63,664 nt of DNA, filler included, from Reticulomyxa filosa (GCA_000512085.1; 23 parts of 23 records of this genome joined end to end with filler, not necessarily neighbours in it); one strand, 5' to 3'; counted from the whole stretch's first letter, positions 37,090 through 49,285 are shown. A program made the numbers and translations. The notes: generated by a model from the letters alone, not told the origin.

Positions 37090-40000
37090 ATGCAACCAGT
37101 TGTGGAACAAGGAAGATACGAAATGGAGATGAAAATGCTTAAACGAGTAGGTGGCAACTTAGTCAAAGAAGAAGAGTGGGGGAAACATCTCGAAGAAAGT
37201 AATGGGGATGTGTCCATAGTAATTGAAAAAATGGTCTCCACATTAATGCTCCAAAAAGTTATTTTAATTGTCGATATATATAAAAAAAAAAAAAGATTAA
37301 ATACAAATACTTAATTGGCAAATAAAAAAAAAAAAAAGACAAAAAATGAACAAGAAATGGAAACGAGTAAAGAAATGGAACCAAAGTTAGATCAATTAAA
37401 AAAAGATGATGAAAAAGTAGAGATTGGGGAAACTAAGCCTGGAATTAATTTGCAAGGTTATTGCATAAATCAAGATTGTTTGGCAGCAAAGGCAAAACTT
37501 CCGGTATGGGTAAATATTGGATTTGGTGATACTTCATTTTATTCTGACAAAACACGCTATTGCTGTCCAGATTGTAGACAGCCCACTGTTACTTCGGTTG
37601 TGAAAGTGCTGTTTTTCAATTCAGAACATTCCATCACTTCAAGTGATAATTCAATTCCTGTGAAAGATAATTATTATCAATGCTTTTATGTAATTCAACC
37701 GAAATTATTTTATGAATTGAAATCAAACAAAATTAGACAACACACAATAAATTTGGACGATTTAATTACTCGAAGTGAAGATGCAATGACGAGTAATGAG
37801 ATACTCAATTTGGTAGCGGAATTGCAGAAATATTTAATAACGGTTGTAAAACCATCCAAAGTGAAAGATAAAACAAGATTATTAGAAAAAATTCAATATG
37901 ATTATAATGGAGACTATAATCAAGTATTTGATGTTGGGAGATTTACTATTTTGTGTGACAATCCTACCAAACTGCAAACAGCAGTGGCTGTGGTAAAGAA
38001 AGCAGAAAAATTCAATTTAATTGTATCTGAAGATAAAGATTTTTTTGAAAGACAATCAAAGACACATCACAGATTTCATAATATTAAATTATATGTCCCA
38101 AAACATGATGTATATGTAGAGATGCAAGCAACATTAAAACATTTTACAACATTAGAAGGATACACTGTTATTGAGAATCCAAAATTAAGTCATTTATTTT
38201 ATGAACACATTAGGGCATGGAAACCAAATAACCCAAACGAGGAAGATTTGAAACAAGCAAGCGATGAAACATTAACCAAGATTAATGATATCATTTGCGA
38301 GTGGATCGATGGCAAGGCAATACAAAAAATAGCAAACCGTTACAAATCCTCTTCTGAAATTGGAATACTAAAGCCATCACAACTATCCAAAAAAAGTCAT
38401 GAAGAAATCAATAAAGATGCAATGTTGAAAATGTCACAATTTGTATATGAACAACTTTGTAAATTTACTCCAGAGAAAACAAAAGGGAAAGCAATTTATG
38501 TGATTTTATATGAATATTATAAAAAATATGTTGTTGGAAATAAAAATCCAGCAAGTTGTGCTGATTTTGCTTTGATATTACAAGAGGCAAGAATACAAGA
38601 AATGGAAGGAGATGTAACTATTTCACAAGCTCTTGACATGTATGTATCATTACAGGCAAATAGTTATCCGTATGTGGATGATACTGACAATGAAAAAGAT
38701 GATTCATACGATTGTCATCGACATGTTATTGAATTTTTGGGAAAAGAAGGTGGTGAAGAAAAGTATCATGAACAACAAAAAAGAAAAGTAATGGTAATTC
38801 AAGGAAAATCAGGATCAGGAAAAAGTTTGTTTTGTCGATATTTGGAAGAGACATTGTGGAATAATTATAATTCTAATTTAAAACAATCTATTCCTGTTTA
38901 TATTTCATTTGCAAAAATATATAACAAAAATAATGAAAAAGATATTATTTTACAAACATTACAAGGAAAACGCATCAATAAAGAAATTATGGATGTAATT
39001 CGTGAAAAAGCGTCATTTGTATTTATTATGGATGGATTTGATGAAATATTTGATAAATATAATAAAACTGATGATAATAATAAGTATTTTTATGATCATT
39101 TCAATTTGAATCAATGGAATGCAAAAGTAATTGTTACTTGTAGAAGTAAAGTCTTAAATGAAGAAGATATTACGTCTGCTTTAATTGGTATCAATAAAAA
39201 CAATACATCAATGATGTATTTATGGCCGTTTACAAAACAACAAATGCACAGTTACATTGAAAAATTTGTAACCATGACATTTAAAAAAAATAATAATAAT
39301 AGTAATTGGACAGCAAAAAAATATGAAGAAACATTGAATAATTATCCAAATTTACAAAAAATGGTAGAAGAGCCATTTCTTCTTCAGCTTATCTTGACTG
39401 TATTGCCGTTATTAGTAAAACAATATGGCATAGGAAGCAGAATCTCAAAAGCGCAAATATATGATGTATTTAATGATCAATGGATTGATATTCACATACA
39501 ACAATTAATTTCCAAATTAACAGAATTACGAATTCAAATGAACAGCAATAAAACTAAATCAACATTCGAACAATATTGTCTTGATTTAGGATTTGATAGT
39601 TTTATTCATGGAAATCAAGTCGCAATTGAATCAGATTCTCAATACGAAAATAATGAAGATGAAATTTGGTGTAAAGTAGATCCAGAAACGGAAAGCGATT
39701 TTATGAATGAAAAAAAGGAAGCAATAGCAATAAATGAAATTATTAATACTTCCATTGAAAAAACACAAGATGTTTGGAAAAAGTATTTCAATGATGACAA
39801 TCTTGCCAAATATGTATTAAGAAGGGTTGGTGATAACAAATATCAATTTTTGCACAAATCATGTCAAGAATATTATGCCGCACAAAAAATTATATTTGAT
39901 GTCATTCCATGGCAACCTAATGTTATTGATGATATTAATGTCAATAATCACTTGTTTCAACAACAATTTGAAACATGTATCCCAAAATTGTCTATTAATT

Positions 40001-42407
40001 ACAAATTATTAAATGAAGAGTTAGGAATTATTCAATTTATTGCGGAAAGAGTTCATGACACAAATCCAATATATGTAAATTTAAAATCAAGGTTATTTCG
40101 AATTATTGAATCATCTAAGAGTAATGAGAATACTTGTATTGCAGCAGCAAATGCCATAACTATACTTAATACTGCACGTGTTAGTATGAGCTATCAAAAT
40201 TGGGATAACATTAAAATACCATATGCTGTCTTAAATCGATCTTTCCTTGAAGGAACAAGTTTTAAAGGGGCCATTTTAGATCACGTGCATCTTGTACAAG
40301 CATGTCTTAATTACACCAATTTTACAAATGTATCAATAAATCAAGTTCATTTTGGTGAGTATGCATACTTTGAAGGAGATTCAGATTGTATTAATTTTGT
40401 GCAATTTTCACCTGATGGATCCACAATTGTATCAGGCTCAAGTGATAAAATAATTCAACTGTGGAATGTCTCATCGAGAAAACAAACTCGATTATTAAAA
40501 GGACATTCAGATAGTGTTTCTTGTGTACAATTCTCACCTGATGGATCCAAGATTATATCAAGTTCATTAGATAAGACAATTCGACTATGGGATGCTTCAT
40601 CTGGGAAACAAATTCGAGTGTTAGAAGGACATTCAGATGCAATAAATTTCATACATTATTCATTTGATGGATCTAAAATTGTATCAGGCTCTCAAGATAA
40701 AACCATCCGATTATGGGATGCATCATCCGGAAAACAGCTTCAAATACTGGAAGGGCATTTGGATCATATTTATTCTGTTCAATTTTCTTCTGATGGATCG
40801 ACAATTGTGTCTGGTTCAAATGATAAGACTATTCGGCTATGGAGTACATCTTCTGGTAAACAAATCCAATTATTGGAAGGACATTCGCATGGTGTTCTTT
40901 CTGTACATTTTTCACCTGATGGATCTAAACTTGTATCAGGTGCATTTGATAAAACCATTCGAATATGGGAGGTTTCATCTGGAAAGCAACTTTTATCTTT
41001 CGAAATTCACACAAATCGTATTTCTTCTGTACAATTTTCCCTGATGGATCCAAAATTGTATCAGGCTCAGACGATATGATTATTCGTTTATGGGATATTT
41101 CATCTCGTAAAGAACTTCATTTGTGGAAAGGCCATACAAATACAATTGCTGCTGTACAATTTTCACCAGATGGGTCAAAAGTTGTGTCAAGTGCATTCGA
41201 AAAAACGATCCGATTATGGGATGTATCGCCCCAAAAACAAATTCAAACATTGGATGGACATTCCGGTCATGTTTATTCTGTTCAATTTTCATTTGATGGG
41301 TCTAAAGTTATATCAAGTTCAGATGATAAAACAATTCAATTAAGAGATGCGTCATCTGGAAAAAGAATTCAAACATTGGAAGGACATTCCAATGTTGTTA
41401 TGTCTGCCCAATTTTCACCTGATGGTTTCAGAGTTGTGTCAGGTTCATCGGATAACACCATTCGATTATGGGACGCATTATCTGGAAAACAACTTCAATT
41501 ATTAGGGGGACATTCGGATGCAGTTAATTCTGTTCATTTTTCATCTGATGGATTAAAAATTGTTTCAGGTTCTCAAGATAAAACTATCCGATTATGGGAT
41601 GCAGCATCTGGGAAACAACTTCAAATATTGAAAGGACATTCAAGTAGTATTTATTCTGTTCAATTTTCTCCTGATGAATTCACAATTGTATCTGGTTCTG
41701 ATGATAATACTATCCGATTGTGGGATGTATCAACTGGAAAACAGCTTCAGATATTTAAAGGACACTTAGGCAGTATTTGCTCTGTCCAATTTTCTCCTGA
41801 TGGATCAAAAATTGTATCAGGTGGACATGATAAGACAATTCGATTATGGAACGTATCATCTAGAAAAAAACCTCGATCATTGAAAGGGCATTCATCTACG
41901 GTTTCTTGTGTGCAATTTTCGCCTGACGGATCAAAAATTGTGTCCGGTTCGTGGGATATGACCATTAGATTATGGGACGCATCTTCTGGAAAACAGCTTC
42001 AAGTATTGAAAGGACATTCATGTACTGTCAGCTTTGTCCGATTTTCACCAGACGGATCCAGAATTGTGTCATGTTCAACTGATAAAACCATTCGATTATG
42101 GGGTATGTCACCTGGAGGAAGGTGTGCTGATAATGTTATTCCTGAGCAAATACCATCTAATGATTCCAAAATTGTATCAAATTCAGGTAATAAAAGTTCT
42201 CGATTATGGAATTTGTTTTCACGACACAATGTAGAACAGTCAAATTCTTCAAAGAATGTCAATGCTAATGAAAAACATTGGAAGTGTCTTTGGCAGGGTG
42301 GTGTTCAAAGTCGCGGTTTGTCATTAGAAGGAAGTACCTGGAAGGGTGCGAAAGGCTTAACTTCGGTGCAGATGTTACTTGTAGGACAACGTGGTGGTAT
42401 CTTTTGA
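37090..42407 (+). CDS. NLR-like STAND protein: UBA/CUE-like segment, Cys4 module, RelA/SpoT-like nucleotidyltransferase, NACHT NTPase, pentapeptide repeats, ~14 WD40; one apparent 1-nt frameshift at ~41039
   Basis: Phase-0 intron 37258-37338. Walker A GKSGSGKS (~38803), Walker B FVFIMDGFDEI, sensor VIVTCRS and EPFLL. Synthetase-like motifs KVKDKTRLLEK, DVGRFTI and VEMQAT. The WD40 array continues in a shifted frame (ORF 40965-42407). Confidence 0.85.
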
Positions 42408-42697
42408 TGATCATTTTATTTATTCTTTTTTTGTTAAAAAGCAAGAGTTGGACTTTTTTTATCTCTGAGCAGTTTTGTTATTTTATTAAGCATCATTTAG
42501 ATTTTTAGCATATTGAATATGAATGTTTCAAAAAAATATCAATCTCATCTTTAAACTATCTAAGAAACGAACGCAATATCAACAAAGTATACAAATCAGC
42601 GCAAATGTTTCGAACGAATAGATAGTTAACATAAAAAATTTTTATATGCAAATATTTACATGAGAACCTCAGTTAAAAAAAAAAGAAATGATTGTAG

Positions 42698-43970
42698 CTA
42701 GTTCCATATTTGAATAGCATGATCATTAGAACATGTGACAATTGTATTGCCATCAGGAGAAACATCCATTCCAATGATAGAACTGGAATAACCTTCTAAT
42801 GTTTGCATTTCTGTTCCTGATATTATATCATATGAACGAATTCTCTCATCGTTAGAGGAAGTAATAATAGTTTGACAATCAGGAAGGAATTTAATATCAA
42901 AAATAGAATGTGAAATAGTTTGTAATGAATGTAATTGTTTTCCTGTTTCAATGTCCCATAATCGTATTGTATTGTCATAAGAGCAGGATAAGATACATTT
43001 ATTATCTGGGGAAAAAATAGCACGCATAATAGCATCAGAATGTCCAGTAAATTGTTTTAAAATATTACCAGATTGAATGTCCCATAAGATAATAGTATTA
43101 TCATTAGATGAAGATAAAATGTTTTGACCATTAGATGAAAATTGTACACTTCTCACAATATCAGAATGTCCTTTTAATTGTTGAAATTGTTTACCAGAAT
43201 TAATATTAAATATTCTAATTGTTTTATCATTAGAACATGTGACAATAAGAATACCATCTGGAGAAAAATCTATATCCCATACAGGATCTAAATCTCCATC
43301 TTCTATTTTTATTAATTTTTTTTCTGTTTTTATATCCCATAATCTAATTGTTTTATCCAATGAAGAAGATACTATCATATCACAATACGGTGAAAATTTT
43401 GCTAGTAATACATAATCTAAATGTCCTCTAAATGTTTTTATTTGTTTTCCTGACATTACATCCCATAATCTTACTGTTTTATCATTTGAAGATGAAACAA
43501 TTTTATTGCCATCTGGTGAAAATTTTACACTTCTAATTGAACTTGTGTGTCCTCGTAAAACTTTTATTAATTTGAAATATTTTGTCTAGATATTTATATA
43601 TATTTATATACATACATATATTATATATTATGTATGCATATATAATTGTTTCATATACTTAACATATTTTGTCACAATTCTATCAAAATCATTAATCCAT
43701 CCTACTTTGATATCCAAAATTCGCAACCAATTTTTAATTATCAATTTTATCAATTGTTTAGACTAGTTTTTTAATAAAAATATCTTAACGAATAATTAAT
43801 ATCTTTTTTTTCCAAAGACAAGGACTTACCAACTGTGGTGTTGTAATCTCTTCTTCGTTACTAGTAATAGAGGTAATAGGAAGAACACCAACAGGAGGGG
43901 CAGCAACAGGAGCTGGAGCGGCAGCAGAAGCGGTAGTAATAAGAGCAGAAGCAGTATTAGGGGTAGTCAT
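42698..43970 (-). CDS. 7xWD40 protein with an N-terminal Ala/Pro-rich exon and the helical HW/GWIxDF motif; 3 exons
   Basis: Exon 1 MTTPNTAS...TTPQL|GTAAG; exon 2 SKQLIKLIIKNWLRILDIKVGWINDFDRIVTKY; exon 3 TKYFKLIKVLRGHTSS followed by seven WD repeats. Confidence 0.85.
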
Positions 43971-44417
43971 TTCTTCCACTGCTCTTTTTTTGCGACAAGC
44001 AAAAGAAGATCAATCACAAACTTCTAAAGGATAAATTTCTTGAGCTTTCTAGGTCTCCACGACGGAAAAAAGCTACAACTTCAGTTTTTCACTCTTTTAT
44101 CTATTTTATTTTTATTTCGACTTTATGTAAGATTTCAAGTGAAACAAGCAAAGTTATAACTTGTCCACAATTTCGTTTCAGATGTATTTTTAACGACCAG
44201 AAAAAATTGTATCACCAAAATTTCATACACTTATACTTACAAATATAATGTACAAAAGCTTTAAAAAAAAAAAGTAGTATTGAAGAGAATTACGAAAAGC
44301 AAATTTTTTTGAACGAGTTAAAGTAAACTCTGCCATCTACAAAAAAAAAAAAGCGAAGAAAAAGAGGATGAAAGCATGCAATAAAAACAAAAGCAAAAAA
44401 AAAAAAAAAGAAAAACA

Positions 44418-45391
44418 CTATTCCCCAACAAGAAAATAAGCGATGACCGATGAGACATTAGTTTGCGAGCAGTCAAGGACTTGATCAAGGACATCAACAA
44501 ACTGAGCAAGGATAAGCTTTCCGCTTGGACTTTTAAGCCAATGATGTCGTGCATTAAAAATGAGTTTACAAATAAATTCATAGAGAAAGATTAAATCGTT
44601 ATCCCAATGCAAATTGAACTGAGTATGCCTAGCGACATATTGAGAACAGAGTGATTGAAAAGCTTTAGTAACGGCAAACTTACAAGTGGAGTCCTCTTTC
44701 AAAATTGGCAAAAGTTCATCAAAGAACGTGAAATGAAAGTCAAGAAATGCCCCACATTCTGAGACACACCAATAAATAAAGTTAAGATCAAGTTGGTCCA
44801 CTGACATTAGCGTGTCTTTTTCTGTTGCATTCGAACCGATTTGCTGCTGCTGTGCAAATATTTGGAGTTTGTTCATATGCATTGTTGCTTGTACGTTAAA
44901 TTTGTTTTCGTCTCTGCTCCTGTCATTCGATAAATGGGCAACATTCCAAACTTTTCTCTCCAAAATCGAATCGATTCTTTCTGCTGCGAGTTCTTCGATC
45001 TCATCCATTGCAAAGCCTTGGCGTCGATATTTCAAGACAAGCGACAACACCGGAATTCTGTAAGCGGGGGATAACATACGTACACGGTCGGAAAAGGATT
45101 GGAAAGGGTCTTCCGCAAACAAGTTGTCGCTGCAAGACATATTTAAACCTGTTTTCTCAATTAGATACTCCATTATTGTGAGCTTGTCTTTCAATGTTTC
45201 GTCACTTCTGCAATGCCACAATTTGTCAAAACATTTTCCCAAACTTTTTGACCAAAAGTTCCGTGGAAATTTTTCAGCGTTTCTTTCAACAATGCCAAGT
45301 TTCTTGTTTCACAACTTGACAACAACTTGTTTTCTGCGTCGACAAAGATTTCTTTCTCTTTTTTGCCACGATTTTTACTCTTTCTTGGCAT
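44418..45391 (-). CDS. Hypothetical helical protein; apparent frameshift near 45245
   Basis: The MPRKSKNRGK ORF overlaps and continues into the 274-aa ORF in another frame close to short homopolymers. Confidence 0.45.
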
Positions 45392-45567
45392 ATGTCTGTT
45401 GTCAGGCAGTTAAGCAAAATATTGATAATATATTTATCAAAAAAAAAAAAAAAAAAGGAATTTCAGGNNNNNNNNNNNNNNNNNNNNNNNNNNNNNNNNN
45501 NNNNNNNNNNNTTAATTAATTAANNNNNNNNNNNNNNNNNNNNNNNNNNNNNNNNNNNNNNNNNNNN

Positions 45568-45603
<36 letters not shown>

Positions 45604-46441
45604 CCCCGCGACTTCAATTCTTGAAACATACACGGAAATAATAATAAATAAAGGCTTGCGATGCGACATTGTTCGGACTAACAGAAGCACACCAATGGGC
45701 AATGAGAATATTGATGTCACAAACCAGCTTCTCACAACTGTCCGACTTAAAGACACGTGTCAAAAAAACGACAGATTGTGTTAAGGTATTTTCTTCTTGT
45801 GCTTGTAAATTGAAATGTGTGCATATCCCCGCTATATGCTTTACTTTCAAACTCGTTTGATCACAACGATCGAATATACACATATATATATATATATATA
45901 ACTCACGCCGACAAAAATGGCTCAATCGGAAAAGTCGGAGCTGACAAGACGAGACAAAAATGCACGCAAAGAGGGAACGTCTTCTATTATGGATGCTGTG
46001 CAACAAGAAAGCGAAAACGGCCTTTCAAACGCTGGAGAAGTTCGAAAAGGTAACAACAAAAAAACTGAATAACAATTAGATTGCAGCCATAAGTCAGACT
46101 ATTTGTGGATTATTCCATTATCTTTCAAATTTTTCGGGGACACAAAAAAAAAAACAAAGAAAATGTGTTTTTTTCTTTTTTTTTTTGTGATATGGCGGGT
46201 CAGAAAACAAAAATCCAGTTTCAATTTTAAAATTGTTCATCCAAAAAACCCAATAAAAAAAATTACACATTTTCATTCATAATTTTGGAAAAAGCTATAG
46301 CTAAATATCTTACTTTTTTTCAAAATTAAATCAATTGTGCTAATGAAGGCAAAACTCGGTATAAATATACTTTTTGTCAAGACAACTGAACGTGTTCCCT
46401 CTTTTATTTGGACTGGGGTGTGAACATTTTTTTTTTCGGTC

Positions 46442-47751
46442 ATGTGCAAATTTTGTAGTGATGGGGAGTGGAAAGATTATTGCAATAGATTATTATATGG
46501 AAATTTCGATGATGCTGAAGATAGCTATCCATTGCGGGTAAACACACAAGTGAAGACTCTAAAAAAGCATGGTCGTCAGCAATCACTATATGCAGTGTTC
46601 AATACAGTGAGATACTTGATAATTGTGGCGTGTCTGTTTATCCTATCGCTCTCCAAACACAATCCAAATGGGTCAATGTGCTGTAACAGCGATTGTAACA
46701 ACTGCTCCACAACACACAAAACTTGTCAAAAAGACAGTTCAGCTCATCAAAAAACATAAACAATACTATGTATAAGAAAATGTTATCATATATGCTATAG
46801 TACGCGTTTAACATATACGTGCACAAAAAAAAAAAAAAAAAAAAAGAGCAAAGTTGTGATCAAGTTTTGATGTGGCAAACAAATAACCATTTGGGCTTTG
46901 ATGTAGGTGGATTAATTACTATAGTGGTATGTCAAAGGATTCTTTTATTTTATGTATAATAATAGAGAGTGGCTCCAAACTATTTTGTATTTATATACAC
47001 ATATGTATGTATATATGTGTGTATATATATATGTATATATATATAAAGTTATTTTTAATTGCAATGTTTGCAATTACACGTCGTCAATATGTCCCAATGG
47101 AATTGTTGACATCGAATGTGTTGTTGGCATTTGTGTGTTTATATTGGACATTTAAAGTCTTCCAATGTCAGATCTCGAAATCAGAGGCCCAATGTTCAAT
47201 CAACAATATTCAAATCGACGATAATATCATGACCTTTTTAAGCATCTCCGCGATGATCATGGTCACTGCCGTTTACATTTTTGGAATTGGGGTGTGTTGG
47301 TTGGATCGTTGTACACGCCAACAAGAGCAAAGTCTGAAAAGAAGAGTCAGTACCACCATTTCACAATTGCATCTATTTTGTGGTTTACTAGTTTAGCTAT
47401 CTTTTTTTTTTTTGGAGCCATACCTATACGTATACACATATATATATATATACATATATGTATGTATATATAAAGGTCCTGCCAGTATTCCTCGTTTTTA
47501 CTTTAATAATGACAGGGATTTGTTTCGAATTGGCCTCAAAATTAGAGAGTGCTGATTCCACTGCTAAAGTACTTATCCTCGTCTTTTCTTCCGTTTCCTC
47601 ATTGTTTGATTTGTGGTTGACTTGCATTTGCTGTGGAAAAGACTCTTTTTGTCTGGTAGAAACATTCAAAGCTTTTCGCTTGCTTCAATTGCTTTGTTGC
47701 AAACAGAGAAGAAAAAATACTCATAATGCTCATATTGCCCATAATTTGTGA
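46442..47751 (+). CDS. Hypothetical multi-pass membrane protein, multi-exon
   Basis: Successive hydrophobic exons separated by (TA)n and poly-A/T introns. Confidence 0.5.
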
Positions 47752-48690
47752 AGAAGAAAAAAAACAACTCTTCATTTCCATCTATTTGTTTCTCTCTCTC
47801 TCTCTCTCTCTTCTTTTTTTGTTTTCGCTTTGTCGTCCAATGAAAACTAAGAGAAAGCGTTCACAATGCACCATCTAAATATAACACTTTCAAAAATCAT
47901 TATTTGAATAAATTATTGTCTGAGTGTTAATCACTTTTCAAAATATTTATTGCAACATGTACCTTAAAATTATATGTATATACCTTTTTTGATGTGCTTG
48001 TCGTTAGTAGTTATTTTTCGAATTTTAAACGGATAAAAAGTTTATTATTGATGAGCTAGGTAGTTCGATTTTCATTTAATTATTTGCTTTTGCTCCTTTC
48101 GACTCCGCAAAAACTCCTCTCTCTTTGGTAAAGATTTATCATTTGCTTTGCTGTGTTTGTTTTGTTGCAATATGTTCACTCGATTCATTTTTCTGCCTTT
48201 CATGTTATCCTATTAATCTCATTATATGTATTTCTGTTTTAGATTGCCCATTAAAGATAAATTCGACAATATCAGTCAAAAATAAAACACGAACTTATTG
48301 TAACAATCTTGATAATGTCCTTCAGAGACAAAAATAAAAGAAACGATCGTATTTTGTTTAATTTTGTATATCATGTTCAGTTTGTGATTTCTAGTTTTAC
48401 ATTATTCTACTTTTGTTTTCGTCATTTGTTGGTTTCATGTTTGACTTAAAAAAATTAAACACTCGATTCCTTAACTTAATTCAAGTAAAAAATTTCTGAA
48501 ATTTGGATTGTTAATAATAACCTATTGATACTCAAAACAGGTATTTCTGTTCAACGTGACGTTGGCGATTGTTTGAAAAGAGGGTGCTTTATTGGAATTA
48601 TTTCAATTTATTATTTTTTTAGTTTGTGGAAATATATCGTTGTATTGTTGTGCAATGTGTTGAGCTAGTGCACTCAAGCATTCAATAAAA

Positions 48691-49285
48691 ATGAGCAAGC
48701 ATCAAGACGATTTTGATCATAGCGAGGAGTCTGAAGTGTCGAGTAGTGGTTTGCAGTCGAACACAAAGGCATTGCTTCAATGTCCATTTTTCCGGGACGG
48801 ATGTCATTTTGCATCGACGGAGGAAGTGCTAATTGAATGGCATATGGAAGAGTGGTCAATAATCCATTTTCAATTGCAATTGAAATCTTTGGACCGTTTG
48901 TGTCAGTCTGTCGTTTCGAACATTCAAACAAACTCGCAAATCACCGGACTTTTGCGATCGACTCATTTGACGACCGTGTGTACATATATATATATATACT
49001 TTTTTTTTTTTCTTAAAAAAAAAAAAAAATCCTTTGATATAACTACATCCCTCACACATATAATATACACGCATACAAAAATGCACTACAAATAGAAACT
49101 AATCCAACAAACTAAAACAATACGTGAAATAATTGCCCTGACAAAGTCAACGCACGACGTGAGGGTGGTTATGTACGAGCAAGCAGCGGACAAAGCCATC
49201 GACCGTACACGGAAGACAAGCCATAATAAATACAATCTACGACAGCAAAGGTTATTGCGCAGCGACCAACAAAAGTGCACCAATT
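48691..49285 (+). CDS. Protein with a TRAF-type zinc-finger-like motif followed by coiled coil; 3' truncated
   Basis: QCPFFRDGCHF...EWHMEEWSIIHFQL matches the CPF..xGC...H...H pattern of TRAF zinc fingers. Confidence 0.5.

Noticed and set aside
41030-41050. Programmed ribosomal frameshift
   Set aside because: No canonical X XXY YYZ slippery heptamer or evident stimulatory structure; a one-base loss in a C run is simpler.
37315-42407. Bacterial contaminant or prokaryotic Avs/CapRel operon
   Set aside because: The gene has a spliceosomal-type intron, shares a contig with intron-containing genes and has a paralogue in the window.
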